A stretch of 64,000 bases of DNA from a virus, in the IMG/VR virus record IMGVR_UViG_3300035698_029289, positions 9,980-73,979 of that record; one strand, 5' to 3'. Numbering within the stretch: the first letter of the stretch is position 1; the number at the start of each line of letters is the position of its first letter. The notes below the pieces were generated by a model. That model made no database searches. It had not been told where the DNA came from and saw nothing but the letters and a program-made list of their open reading frames with translations. This document shows, piece by piece, positions 9,388-19,554 of this stretch. The position numbers and the translations under genes are program-made.

Positions 9388-9591
9388 ATGCCATATCGCA
9401 GGAGCGGAACTAAAGTCTTACACAAAAAAGGAGGCAAGTGGAAAGTAAAACAAACTTGCCGCTCTGAAGCTGCTGCCAAAAGAGCCATGAGCTTATTGAG
9501 AGGCTTGGAATCTGGTAGCATTAAGCCAAGCCAAGTTGGGAAAGGAAAGTTTGCCAAAAAAAGGAAAACTAGCCGGAAGAGAAAGAAATAA
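9388..9591 (+). CDS. very basic small protein
   Basis: 67 aa K/R-rich; SD AGGAGG. Confidence 0.7.
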   Translation: MPYRRSGTKVLHKKGGKWKVKQTCRSEAAAKRAMSLLRGLESGSIKPSQVGKGKFAKKRKTSRKRKK

Positions 9592-9857
9592 TGCCTAAAA
9601 AATTGCCTGATTTGCCGGGTTCGGATGAAAGCACTTTAAAAACTAACAGAATGGATTCTTTCTACGAGAAGAAGCCAAGTGATATTTGGAAAGGATATGT
9701 GGAGAACATAAAATTGAAAGGGCGAAAGAAATGTTCTCATAAATTTAGACATATTCAAAGAGGAATAGAATGCGAAAAATGTCACATCGGTTTTGTAGGA
9801 GAAGGATTGAGGATTAAAAACGGGCACATTTTCTTCGGTAATCAAAGATTTCTTTGA
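9591..9857 (+). CDS. small Zn-ribbon protein
   Basis: CSHKF...ECEKC. Confidence 0.65.
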   Translation: MPKKLPDLPGSDESTLKTNRMDSFYEKKPSDIWKGYVENIKLKGRKKCSHKFRHIQRGIECEKCHIGFVGEGLRIKNGHIFFGNQRFL

Positions 9858-9975
9858 TTGTCGAAATTAGTGTACCTTTAAAAATAAATTAGAGGGAATA
9901 TTTTATCATTCACCTAAGCGGTAATGCTTGCCGCCTATAACCATTATTAAATAGAGCATAAGAAAGGAGGTGAAA

Positions 9976-10944
9976 ATGACAATAAATACAGGGCTTAAAA
10001 GACCCCCTGAGAAGGTAGAACCTCAGGCTGGAGCAAAGCCTACTCCAGAGAAAAAAGAACCTGTTCCTCAGGTTAAGGAGGTTGAAACCGAAACCCAACC
10101 AAAACCAGGAACAGAGGGGGAGTTGCCAGGAGGCGCTTCGGAGAGGACCCGAGAGCAATTTGACAAGCTCAAAAGTAGCAATCAAAGACTGCTCGAGGCA
10201 AACAAACTTCTCCAAGGAGAAATAGCTAGAAGGGTTCAAAGTGAACAAACTTTTGCCCCGATTCAGCAAATTCCAGGAGTGCCACAAGCGCCGACACAGG
10301 CGCCATTGCAAACTCCAACTCAACCAGCTCAAGTTCCTGCGCCCGATGTTGAGCAATTCGTCGCTGTAGATCCTATTACTGGGGAGCGGTATCTTAATGA
10401 ACCTAAACTCGGTCAGGCAATCGCCGACGCAAATGCTCGAGCAAAGAGGGCAGAAAAGTCAGTTCAGAACTATATTTTGCAACAGAGATCGATTGAGGAA
10501 GAGCAACAGACGCGAGAAGCGTTTACTGCTCACCCCGAGCTTAATCCGAAGTCAAAAAAGTTCGAGAAAGGACTGCATACAAGAACACGAGCGCTTCTCT
10601 TGGATTCGATGATGAATCCAAGTGACTATGACAATCATTCTTTGAGTTTCAAAGAAGCAGGAGATTTAGCAAAGAAGCAATCAGCAAAAGATGCTAAAGA
10701 ACTGACAAAGAAAGTCGATGAAGAAAGTCAAAAAGCACTTGAAGCCAAAGAGCAAGCTAGTCTAGCGGTAGAGGGGAAACCGGGAACACCGTCCCCCTCA
10801 CAAGAACCATCTGAGGAGCTTGCTAACTTAGCGAAGAAAACCCGTGAGGGAGATATTTGGGCATTAGCTCGAAGATTGCAAAATACTCCACACACTGGAA
10901 CACCAACTTCTTCGACAGAAGAAGGAACCGAAGAGAAGAAATAG
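9976..10944 (+). CDS. capsid scaffolding protein
   Basis: P/E/Q-rich coiled-coil protein just upstream of MCP; SD AGGAGGTG. Confidence 0.75.
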   Translation: MTINTGLKRPPEKVEPQAGAKPTPEKKEPVPQVKEVETETQPKPGTEGELPGGASERTREQFDKLKSSNQRLLEANKLLQGEIARRVQSEQTFAPIQQIPGVPQAPTQAPLQTPTQPAQVPAPDVEQFVAVDPITGERYLNEPKLGQAIADANARAKRAEKSVQNYILQQRSIEEEQQTREAFTAHPELNPKSKKFEKGLHTRTRALLLDSMMNPSDYDNHSLSFKEAGDLAKKQSAKDAKELTKKVDEESQKALEAKEQASLAVEGKPGTPSPSQEPSEELANLAKKTREGDIWALARRLQNTPHTGTPTSSTEEGTEEKK

Positions 10945-11021
10945 TGCGAGAGAGTTGTGCCTCCCGTGCTATGACCGGGAGGTCAATTATCCTGCACAAG
11001 AAAGGAGTGTGAAAAAATTAT

Positions 11022-11930
11022 ATGGCGTGGGGATTAATTACATATCAAGATGCCGCGCGTAGAGAAGATCTATTGGATGTTATCGGAGATGTATCTCCTG
11101 ATGAGACTCCACTTTTGACTCTTTTCGGCACAAGCACGGCAAAAGGAACTCTGCACGAATGGCTGGCATACTCAGTCTCAAGACCAACTTCGGTATCTGC
11201 CGATGTTGAAGGAGCTGATACCACATTCGGAGATTTGACTCAACCCAACAGAGTAGTCAATGTTACCCAAATTATTAAAGAACCGGTTCAAGTTTCTCGA
11301 ACCGAGCGACGGGTTAATGTGGCTGCAATGGGAGATCCGTATGCTTTCCAAAAAGCAGAAGCACTTCGTCGTCTAAAAATGAATATGGAGTATGCTTTAC
11401 TGAATGCTGCGAAAGCCTCTGGATCGTCTGGTTTGGCTCGTCAAATGAATGGAATCGATGCTTTCATCACAACTACTGTTACTGCTCGAAACTCAGGAAC
11501 TTCGTTTTCTGAAACTGAGCTAGAAGCTATGGTTTCTGATGCCTGGACAACAGTCGATCCCGACAAGGTATTTGACATGCTTCTTTGTACTTTCAAAATC
11601 AAGCAGAAAATTGCCGGGTTCTCTGGAAACTCTACTAGATATATTGATGCAACTGAACGAAGACTTGTTAAAGACGTGTTGGTTTATGATTCCGCTGGTG
11701 GATCTCACAGAATCTTTGCACACAAAGATGTGAGGAACTCAGCAGGTTCAACAACTATCTTGGGCCTACGAGAAGATTTGTACAAGACTGCGTATCTCGA
11801 CAAACCAATGTTTGAAGAACTTGCTAAAACAGGTGATGCGGACAAGGGTCACTGGGTAACAGAATTTACGCTTGAGTCTATAGCAGAGAAGGCTAGTTTG
11901 AAGCGAACAGGGTATAATCAAAACGGGTAG
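11022..11930 (+). CDS. major capsid protein (DUF5309/SU10-like HK97 fold)
   Basis: REDLLDVI..SPDETP, HEW, EGAD, NVTQI, ELAKTGDA..GHWVTEFTLE. Confidence 0.92.
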   Translation: MAWGLITYQDAARREDLLDVIGDVSPDETPLLTLFGTSTAKGTLHEWLAYSVSRPTSVSADVEGADTTFGDLTQPNRVVNVTQIIKEPVQVSRTERRVNVAAMGDPYAFQKAEALRRLKMNMEYALLNAAKASGSSGLARQMNGIDAFITTTVTARNSGTSFSETELEAMVSDAWTTVDPDKVFDMLLCTFKIKQKIAGFSGNSTRYIDATERRLVKDVLVYDSAGGSHRIFAHKDVRNSAGSTTILGLREDLYKTAYLDKPMFEELAKTGDADKGHWVTEFTLESIAEKASLKRTGYNQNG

Positions 11931-11982
11931 TAATACCCGAATGGTTGATATTTTATCCTGGTTTTGGTAGTATGAGAATACT

Positions 11983-12402
11983 ATGAAAACCAAAAGTTGC
12001 ACTTTTAAAGCTTGTAATAGAAAACATTATGCCAAAGGTTATTGCCGAAAGCATTACCGACAGCGTATTGGTGAATCTGCCACTAGATGGCAAGTAATTA
12101 AATCTGATCCTGTTCTTTATGAACATTGGAGAGAACTCCAAAGAAAATGGAGCAGAAACCATAAAAGGGATCATCGGAAACATTCTGATAAAATCTACTT
12201 TGGTGGTAACAGAGAAATTGCGATTCAGCGAGACAATGAAAAGTGTGTTCGATGTGGAATGACACGGGAGGAACATCTTGCCAAATGGAAGAAAGACCTT
12301 CATGTTAATCACAAAGACCACACTAAAAGGAATGATTTGGATAATCTTGAAACATTATGTCTTCCTTGTCATGCTTCTAAAAGTCACTATAGTAAGAGAT
12401 AA
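11983..12402 (+). CDS. HNH homing endonuclease
   Basis: YCRKHY; RDNEKCVRC...LHVNHKD...NDLDNLETLCLPCH; own promoter TTGATA-17-TAGTAT ~11945. Confidence 0.9.
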   Translation: MKTKSCTFKACNRKHYAKGYCRKHYRQRIGESATRWQVIKSDPVLYEHWRELQRKWSRNHKRDHRKHSDKIYFGGNREIAIQRDNEKCVRCGMTREEHLAKWKKDLHVNHKDHTKRNDLDNLETLCLPCHASKSHYSKR

Positions 12403-12550
12403 AATTACCTTGGTTTAAGTTACAACCAGAACGGTTAAGGTGTAACATAGGCTTAGAGGGAGACAAAAAACATGCGGACATTTACCGCATTACCCTTGAA
12501 TAAAATAAATGCGCACTCTATGAACTGCCAAAGTTTGCATAGAGTACAAA

Positions 12551-12940
12551 ATGCCAAAGACAATAGTTTATGACAAATTATCGGGAAAACTGCGAAGATG
12601 GATGGATGTCCAAGACGCAGAACATATAGTGCAACTTAGAAAAAAGAAGGGCAAGTGGACCGTCATTAAAGATTTAATTAAAATATGGATGGAAAGAAGC
12701 CCTGAGGAATTCAAAGGGTTTAAAGTTCATTTGAAAGACATTAAAGAAACGAGGCTTGACAAGAAATTCGGTCAAACACATAGCAAGAAACAAGAGAGAA
12801 GGTTAATATTGGTATTTCCGATGGCCTTACAGTCTCTTATCAGAACGATATATTCATCAAGTGAATTACCATTTAACCGAGCCTTTTTTCATGAGTTCGG
12901 TAAAAGATTCCGGATTTTTCAGATTCCGGAAAAACTATAG
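12551..12940 (+). CDS. hypothetical head-region protein
   Basis: 129 aa ORF in the head operon. Confidence 0.65.
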   Translation: MPKTIVYDKLSGKLRRWMDVQDAEHIVQLRKKKGKWTVIKDLIKIWMERSPEEFKGFKVHLKDIKETRLDKKFGQTHSKKQERRLILVFPMALQSLIRTIYSSSELPFNRAFFHEFGKRFRIFQIPEKL

Positions 12941-12957
12941 GAGGGAGGTGAATAAAC

Positions 12958-13311
12958 ATGGCATTAGGCAAAACAATAGGCGATAGAGAATTTTCTAAGT
13001 TTGTGGAAGATGAGACTGGCAAAATAGCAGTGAGAACCCATAATCAGTTTGGAACCGCTGCTCTTGTCTCTTTGACAACATCAGTAGTGAAATCATCGGC
13101 TGGGTTTCTCCACGCAGTCAATATTGGAGGAGTTAGTGGGCCAACCATCAGCCTTTGGGATAATACTGTTCCGAGTGGAACGTTAATTCATAGATTTCAT
13201 GCAGATGCTCCTGTTGCCACTTATCTGTTTGATGTGAAATTTACAACTGGTTTGTCCATTAAGGCAGTTGGAGGTGGGATTAACCCCCAGGTTCAAATTA
13301 GTTATAAATAA
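12958..13311 (+). CDS. probable virion structural/decoration protein
   Basis: beta-rich; ISLWDN, FDVKFTTGL; strong SD. Confidence 0.55.
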   Translation: MALGKTIGDREFSKFVEDETGKIAVRTHNQFGTAALVSLTTSVVKSSAGFLHAVNIGGVSGPTISLWDNTVPSGTLIHRFHADAPVATYLFDVKFTTGLSIKAVGGGINPQVQISYK

Positions 13312-13337
13312 AACATCCGAGTATTTTTTGTGATATA

Positions 13338-15881
13338 ATGAAAAAACTTGGGGTTACGAAATTGATGACTAAACAAAATAGCGGGCCCAAAATCGCCCTC
13401 AACATGATCTTGTCGGAGAACGAACCCATAGACATGGTTAAAAGGGCAATTGATAGCGTTCGACGCTATGTTGATGGAATTTACATAACCGTCACTTATA
13501 AAAAGAAAAAGCCTAAAAAAACTCCTCTTTTGAAACTCCTTCGTGATTACAAAGTTAAAGTGAGTTTATTCAAGTGGGTTTATGATTTTTCCGAAGCAAG
13601 AAATTTCGCCATGGTTCAAGTTCCTCGGGACTATTTTTATCTTTTTTGGATTGACGCTGATGACGTTGTTCAGGAAGCAGAACATCTTCCTCGGATTGTT
13701 CGGGAATCATATTTGATGGATGCTTCTGCGGTTTTTTTCGACTATTGGTATAAAGTTGATTTGGATGAGCAAGGGAAGGTGAGAGAAGTGGTTATTGAGC
13801 ATAAAAGAGAAAGGCTTATCAAGACTGATGGAACATACAAATGGATCGGCAAGCTTCACGAGACACTTATTCCTCAAAAAAAAGAGAATGTTAAACAGGT
13901 TTTCAGGAAGGAATGTATTATCGTTCACCTTAATACCGAAGAGCGAGAAAATAAAAATCTTGAGCGCAATATCAAAATTCTCGAAGAGGCTGCTCGGGAA
14001 GAAAAACATAAAGATCCCCGGACGCTTCTTTATCTTGCAAAAGCCTATTTTGACAAAGGGAAATTAAGGGATGTTAAAAATCGTAAATTATGGTTTGATA
14101 TGACTAGGGCACTTTTGTATGAATATATTGAGGGAACAGGCAAGCCAGGGCAAGAAGGTTATCAGGAAGGTTCTGGATGGAATCAAGAAAGGGCAGTCGC
14201 TTGGGGTTATCTTTCTGATATGCACCGCCTTGAAGGACGATTGAATGCTGCCATTAAAACGATTAACAATGCTATCGTTGAGGACCCAACTTTCCCTAAA
14301 TATTATTTGGATTTAGCAATGACTTGGACTTTAAAACAGAAATGGGAGAAGGCTGAACATTGGTTGAGAGTAGCACTTCATACCCCAATGCCTAAAACTA
14401 CTCAAATCCTTAATCCCCGAGATATGAAAGCGCAGGCGTTAGAGATTGATTACAACATTGCCAGGGCGAAACAAGATTTGAATAGAAGCGTTAAGGCTGC
14501 GGAAAAACTGGTAGAAATCTTGCCCAATGTTAAGGGGATAAGAGAGCGTCTTGAGGAAGCAAAAGTTCTTAAAGCAACCAATCAAGCGGCCCAGTCTGTT
14601 ATCTATTTGGCAAAGTATCTTGAGGCATCAAAAGAACCCCAAAAAATTATTCCTCTTATTCAGGCTATCCCTGCGACAATACAAGGAGAAGAAATTATAT
14701 CTCAAATGAGACATCGATACTTGCCATCTCGGATTTGGGATAAAGATGAAATTGCCATTTTGTGTGGACCTGGATTTGAGAAGTGGTCTCCGAAGAACAT
14801 TAAACAAGGCTTGGGTGGATCTGAATCGGCAGTTATTTACCTTAGTCGAGAACTGAAAAAGCTGGGTTACAAGATTACCGTTTTTGGAGATCCTCAGGGT
14901 GATGCGGGAGACTATGGCGGAGTTCAATTCCGACCATGGCATGAGATTAATATTAAAGATTCTTTTAACATTTTGGTTTTGTGGCGAGCCCTTGGTTTTG
15001 CGGACAACAATTTCTCGGCGAATCAAACTTATTTATGGATGCACGATGTCCCCAATAATGCTGATTTCATAAAAGAAAGGTTGGCAAAGATTGATAAAAT
15101 TATTCCTCTGTCTCAGTATCATAAATCTCTATTTAGAATGCAGGAAGACGGAGATTTTGTAGAAATTCCCGATGAAAAGTTCTGGGTTTCTACCAATGGT
15201 ATTGTTCCTGTGAAAATTAACAAAAAGTGGAAGCGTGATCTTTATAGGTGTATTTGGACTTCTAGCTATGATCGAGGACTGGTTTATCTTTTAAATATTT
15301 GGTCTGATGTGAAAAAGGCAGTACCAAAGGCGAATCTTCACATTTATTATGGGTGGAATTTATATGACCGCCTTCATGCAGAGAATCCTGCCAGAATAGA
15401 GTGGAAAGCAAAAGTTTCCAAAATGATGCAACAACCAGGAATCGTTCATCATGGAAGGGTTGGACACAAAGAGTTGAATAGGGCTTATGCAGGATCAGCC
15501 ATTTTTTCATACCCGACTGATTTCCAGGAAATAAATTGTATAAGTGCTATGTCTGCACAGGCCTATGGAGCGATTCCAGTTTGCACAAACTATGCAGCTC
15601 TGAAAGAAACTGTTCAACATGGAATTAAGGTGGACGTAGATATTACTACGAAAACAGACCAAAAAGCATACACAAAGGAATTAATTTCTCTTTTGAAGAA
15701 CACAAAAAAACAGGAAGAAATAAGAAAGCCGATGATGGAATGGGCACAAAAATTCTTCCTATGGAAGAATACGGCCGCAAGTTGGAATCGTCAATTCCGG
15801 AAGAAAACTAAGTCCATAAAAGGAAAAAAACTTTTAAGAAAAGGGGGTGAAAACAATGCAGGACACAACAAAAAGGCCTAA
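13338..15881 (+). CDS. multidomain glycosyltransferase GT2 + TPR + GT-B
   Basis: DFSEARN, WIDADD, WIGKLHE; TPR helices; GLGGSE, SSYDRGL, EINCISAM. Confidence 0.9.
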   Translation: MKKLGVTKLMTKQNSGPKIALNMILSENEPIDMVKRAIDSVRRYVDGIYITVTYKKKKPKKTPLLKLLRDYKVKVSLFKWVYDFSEARNFAMVQVPRDYFYLFWIDADDVVQEAEHLPRIVRESYLMDASAVFFDYWYKVDLDEQGKVREVVIEHKRERLIKTDGTYKWIGKLHETLIPQKKENVKQVFRKECIIVHLNTEERENKNLERNIKILEEAAREEKHKDPRTLLYLAKAYFDKGKLRDVKNRKLWFDMTRALLYEYIEGTGKPGQEGYQEGSGWNQERAVAWGYLSDMHRLEGRLNAAIKTINNAIVEDPTFPKYYLDLAMTWTLKQKWEKAEHWLRVALHTPMPKTTQILNPRDMKAQALEIDYNIARAKQDLNRSVKAAEKLVEILPNVKGIRERLEEAKVLKATNQAAQSVIYLAKYLEASKEPQKIIPLIQAIPATIQGEEIISQMRHRYLPSRIWDKDEIAILCGPGFEKWSPKNIKQGLGGSESAVIYLSRELKKLGYKITVFGDPQGDAGDYGGVQFRPWHEINIKDSFNILVLWRALGFADNNFSANQTYLWMHDVPNNADFIKERLAKIDKIIPLSQYHKSLFRMQEDGDFVEIPDEKFWVSTNGIVPVKINKKWKRDLYRCIWTSSYDRGLVYLLNIWSDVKKAVPKANLHIYYGWNLYDRLHAENPARIEWKAKVSKMMQQPGIVHHGRVGHKELNRAYAGSAIFSYPTDFQEINCISAMSAQAYGAIPVCTNYAALKETVQHGIKVDVDITTKTDQKAYTKELISLLKNTKKQEEIRKPMMEWAQKFFLWKNTAASWNRQFRKKTKSIKGKKLLRKGGENNAGHNKKA

Positions 15882-16059
15882 GGGCAAATGTGCTTATTGT
15901 GGAAAGGAAATTACCATTGATTCTGTTCGGAATGCTAAGGTTATTTATTGTTGTCGTGCTTGTGCTTCCATGGCCCGTTACCAAAAGCGATATGTCGGTC
16001 CTAGAAGCGGAAGAGGCGATATGCCTACATGGGATAGGAGAAAATTCAAGAGGTCTTAA
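15847..16059 (+). CDS. small Zn-finger protein
   Basis: CAYCG...YCCRAC. Confidence 0.6.
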   Translation: MKTMQDTTKRPKGKCAYCGKEITIDSVRNAKVIYCCRACASMARYQKRYVGPRSGRGDMPTWDRRKFKRS

Positions 16060-16883
16060 TGAAAAAAGTAAAATTGGCTTTCATTTGCGACATGCCGAAA
16101 GAACATTTTCTCCACTGGAATGATGGTCTTGCTGCTGCTCTTCGCTATTTAGTCAAAAAATACGACTGGGAGGTAAAGATTTACAACTTGCCGTCAATGG
16201 AAGCTCCAGAAGTCTCCGAAGACTCAGATTTTCACCTTTTTTGGGGAGCACTTGATCAGAAACAGCATCATCATCGTTTTTTCAAGAAACAGGGATTGTG
16301 TTTCGGTGGTGGTCCCACTTATCACCAGAACGCCAACAATTTTGACATTATATTTGCTGAAAGCAGGGTTGATTTGGAGGAACTCAAGAAATCGGGGGTG
16401 AAAACAATGCAGGCTTTTGGGACTAATACTAAACTCTTTCGGCCAATTCCTGAACAACCTAAGATTTGGGATTTTATTTATGCCGCAGCCTTTGCCAAGT
16501 GGAAACAACACGATGTATTTGTTCAACAGATTAAAGACAAGAAAGCATTGGCCGTAGGATACATGCAACCAGGAGGATGGGAAAAAGTATGTTATGAAAT
16601 TTGCTTGAAGAATGGAGTGATGGTAATGCCATGGGTTCCTTATAGTGTCATGCCGTGGCTTTACAACGCCTCTAGGGCGTGTTTAATAACCGCTGACACT
16701 ACTGGAGGATGTCAGAGACAAGTTCTTGAAGCAAAGGCCTGTGGTATCCCTGTTTCAATAGTTTCCAGTTCGCCAAAACTTGAAGAACTTGCTGATTTAA
16801 CAAGAAAGGAAATTCTGAGGGATTGGAGCGAAAAGGCTTATGGGGAAAAGTTGAAAAAGGGGATAGAAGAGGTTTTAAAATGA
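16059..16883 (+). CDS. GT-B (GT4-like) glycosyltransferase
   Basis: GTNTKLFRP, VLEAKACGIPV. Confidence 0.85.
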   Translation: MKKVKLAFICDMPKEHFLHWNDGLAAALRYLVKKYDWEVKIYNLPSMEAPEVSEDSDFHLFWGALDQKQHHHRFFKKQGLCFGGGPTYHQNANNFDIIFAESRVDLEELKKSGVKTMQAFGTNTKLFRPIPEQPKIWDFIYAAAFAKWKQHDVFVQQIKDKKALAVGYMQPGGWEKVCYEICLKNGVMVMPWVPYSVMPWLYNASRACLITADTTGGCQRQVLEAKACGIPVSIVSSSPKLEELADLTRKEILRDWSEKAYGEKLKKGIEEVLK

Positions 16884-17722
16884 AGAAACCAAAGATGATT
16901 TTCAATTACGATTATGATTTGCCTCCTTTTCCGGAGCGCAGAGAGAATAGCGTTCCCTTTTTGCTTCAACAAGCATGTGGAGAATATTTTGATGTATATG
17001 AAAGAGGCGAAATCCCACGAGAAGAAGCAGATGTGATTTTTAACACCTTGCCTCTCCCGCACAACGGGTTTTTAGAAGGGAAAGTGACGATGTATTGGGA
17101 CACCGTTCCATTAGAGAAAATTTGGAAAGAATATTTTGACCGTTCACAGGCAATTTTCTATGTCGTTCCTTCTTATCAGTCATTTTACCCAAGGGACAAG
17201 TCCCATCTCCTTTTACCAGCCATTAATGAAAATTATCGCTATTTTCCATCCGACTTTGCTTATGATGTTGGTTTCCTCGGGAGTGAAGTAGAGGCATGGA
17301 GGATTAATCTGCTTGACGAGTTAGAAAAACACTTTAAGCTATTGAGGGGAGCGACTGAGATTGGTGTCCCTTCAGCGAAACTTTTATCCAAATGTAGGTT
17401 GGTTTTGTCTGTACAGGACTACCATGAGAAAAAGGTTGGCATCGAGTATCGGTTGTTTACTTTCGGCAATGTTCGCCCCATTCTTGTTCACTTTAACCTA
17501 GACTACAAACACGTCGGTGAACCATATGTTCATTATATTCCCTATAGCAATAAAGATGATATTATAGGGCAAATTGATTATTACTTGAAGCGTAAGAAAA
17601 AAAGAGAAACGGTTGGAGAGAATTTGAAGAAGCGATTGGCTCAACATCATACTTATGAGAAGCGAGCGAAAAAAGTTTATGATGTTTTTTGTAAAATAAC
17701 AAAGGGGCAATGGAAAAAGTAA
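16880..17722 (+). CDS. CgeB/Glyco_trans_1_2-like glycosyltransferase
   Basis: YDVGFLGS, RLF, HHTYEKRA. Confidence 0.75.
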   Translation: MKKPKMIFNYDYDLPPFPERRENSVPFLLQQACGEYFDVYERGEIPREEADVIFNTLPLPHNGFLEGKVTMYWDTVPLEKIWKEYFDRSQAIFYVVPSYQSFYPRDKSHLLLPAINENYRYFPSDFAYDVGFLGSEVEAWRINLLDELEKHFKLLRGATEIGVPSAKLLSKCRLVLSVQDYHEKKVGIEYRLFTFGNVRPILVHFNLDYKHVGEPYVHYIPYSNKDDIIGQIDYYLKRKKKRETVGENLKKRLAQHHTYEKRAKKVYDVFCKITKGQWKK

Positions 17723-18222
17723 AAACACGAATAAAGCCCATAAAAGTTTTGGTTGTTGGTTCTTCTGGCAGGAGAGGCAGAAAAGTAATGAAATTTCTCA
17801 AAGACAGAGGGTTTCTTGTTTTCGGTGCTGACAGAATTGCTCAAGAAGAGGACATAAAAGGAACAACAAGGTTTTTCAAGTTGAATCTACGACATCGGGA
17901 TAGCATTTGGTTGATGTTTAATGTTGTTAAGCCGCATGCATTGGTTTATTGTGCCATCGCTAGGGGGAATAGGGGAAACTATGGGACTTTTTTTAGCGTT
18001 TTATCCATGGCAATTAAATTTGGGATAAAAAAGGTGATGGTAATTGTTACGAAACCCCCAATTCACAAAAAACCTAAAGACTTGTTGGAAATAGAAGAGC
18101 TTGCTATTGTCTCGGCGACTCAGCTATTGGCGAAGAAACATGATTTTAAACATGATGTTGTTACTCAAGGGGATAATTTATTGAAAAAAATCAAGAGATT
18201 TTTGAAAGAAAGGAGTTTGTGA
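17710..18222 (+). CDS. short NAD(P)-binding Rossmann protein (truncated epimerase-like)
   Basis: VLVVGSSGRRG; no YxxxK seen. Confidence 0.6.
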   Translation: MEKVKTRIKPIKVLVVGSSGRRGRKVMKFLKDRGFLVFGADRIAQEEDIKGTTRFFKLNLRHRDSIWLMFNVVKPHALVYCAIARGNRGNYGTFFSVLSMAIKFGIKKVMVIVTKPPIHKKPKDLLEIEELAIVSATQLLAKKHDFKHDVVTQGDNLLKKIKRFLKERSL

Positions 18223-18226
18223 AAGA

Positions 18227-18859
18227 ATGAAACGTATTTCTGTTGTGCTTCTAGCTTGCATTTTTAGCGAGAAATTACTCCGTTTAACCGAGGATTGCCT
18301 GCTTTCGCTAGAAAACCAATATGATGAGCTTATTTTTGTCGATAATGCCAGTCATATGTTAAAAGAAAAATGGCGGAATATGGCGGATGTTTACATCAGA
18401 AATAATAAGAACCTTGGTTTTTCATTAGCCTACAATCAAGGATTCAAATTGACAACAGGAGACTATATTTGTGTTGTGACGAATGACACAAGGATTGAAA
18501 AGGGCAAGTTAAAAGATTTAACATCCTTGGCAGATAAGGGTTATGTTTTCCCAACATTTACCAACAAGGATAAACCCGATTGGGATGGAGCATTTTACAT
18601 GTTTTCAAGAAAGACAATGGAAAAGAATGGAATTTACGACCCGATTATGCGAAATTATTTCAGCGATTTGGATTTATTCTATCGGGCAAAGAAAAAAGGA
18701 TTGGCTTTGACAAAAACCGATAAGGTTGTAGTTTTCCACCATGAAGAGCAAACCTATAGGCCATTGGGGACAAGGGACTTTGTTTACGATGAAGACCACC
18801 GGAAGTTTGTTAAAAAACACAAAATTGATCCTTTGGTAGATTATTATAATTTTATATAA
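18227..18859 (+). CDS. GT2 glycosyltransferase
   Basis: FVDNAS, NLGFSLAYNQG, TND, YFSDLD. Confidence 0.88.
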   Translation: MKRISVVLLACIFSEKLLRLTEDCLLSLENQYDELIFVDNASHMLKEKWRNMADVYIRNNKNLGFSLAYNQGFKLTTGDYICVVTNDTRIEKGKLKDLTSLADKGYVFPTFTNKDKPDWDGAFYMFSRKTMEKNGIYDPIMRNYFSDLDLFYRAKKKGLALTKTDKVVVFHHEEQTYRPLGTRDFVYDEDHRKFVKKHKIDPLVDYYNFI

Positions 18860-19554
18860 TGATGAACAAGACTAAGAAAAAGATTACCGCTGTAGTCTTA
18901 CATTACTATTCACAAAGAACAAAGAATGTTGAAAAAATTATTAATGCTTTGCAGTTAGGAATATTAGCTCCAGACAAAATAATTCTCTTCAATAACAACA
19001 AAGACGTTCAATATCCGAAAACCAAGGGAGTAAGCGTCATTAATAGTGACACCAATTATGGAGGTCGGGGGCGTTACCCCATTGCTTTACTTGAACCCAG
19101 TGATTATTATTTTTTCATCGATGACGATATGTCTCCCAGTAAAAATACCTTGAAGAACTTTATGAAATATGCAGAAGAAGGTTGTTGCCTTGGCTACATA
19201 GGAAAAGTTATTACTGAAAACGAAGATTATATGAGTGCTAAAGCGTTTTTTGGTGATGAAATGTCGAAAGTTACGGACGTAGATCTTTTAGTAGGCAATG
19301 GTAGTATTTTTGTGTCTTTCACTGCTCTTTTTAAAATGTTTGAAACGGAAAAAGGGTTATTAAAAGAAGGTTTTATTTTCGGTAGAGAAGAAGACATTAT
19401 TTTAAGCATGAGCAATGATCCGAAAGTGATTCCCGCAAAATACGATGAAGACCTTATCAAGTTGCCAGAGGAGGGTGTTGGGTATTGGAGAGACCCTAGC
19501 CATATTAATTTGAGAGACGAGATGGTAAGGAGGCTTTATAGGAGGGCTAAATGA
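18859..19554 (+). CDS. GT-A glycosyltransferase
   Basis: YFFIDDD, EEDIILS. Confidence 0.75.
   Translation: MMNKTKKKITAVVLHYYSQRTKNVEKIINALQLGILAPDKIILFNNNKDVQYPKTKGVSVINSDTNYGGRGRYPIALLEPSDYYFFIDDDMSPSKNTLKNFMKYAEEGCCLGYIGKVITENEDYMSAKAFFGDEMSKVTDVDLLVGNGSIFVSFTALFKMFETEKGLLKEGFIFGREEDIILSMSNDPKVIPAKYDEDLIKLPEEGVGYWRDPSHINLRDEMVRRLYRRAK

Noticed and set aside
9889-9940. Sixth leader cassette before the scaffold gene
   Set aside because: Has a GCGGTAA/TTGCCGC hairpin but no outer stem, TTGACA promoter or terminator.
11912-12419. Group I or other intron in the MCP
   Set aside because: Only ~50 and ~20 nt flank the HNH ORF, no catalytic core is recognisable, and the MCP is complete without splicing. 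The GT...AG ends are treated as chance.
12445-12546. Riboswitch downstream of the MCP-HNH
   Set aside because: Two hairpins are present but match no known aptamer I recognise and lack a U-tract; function unsupported.
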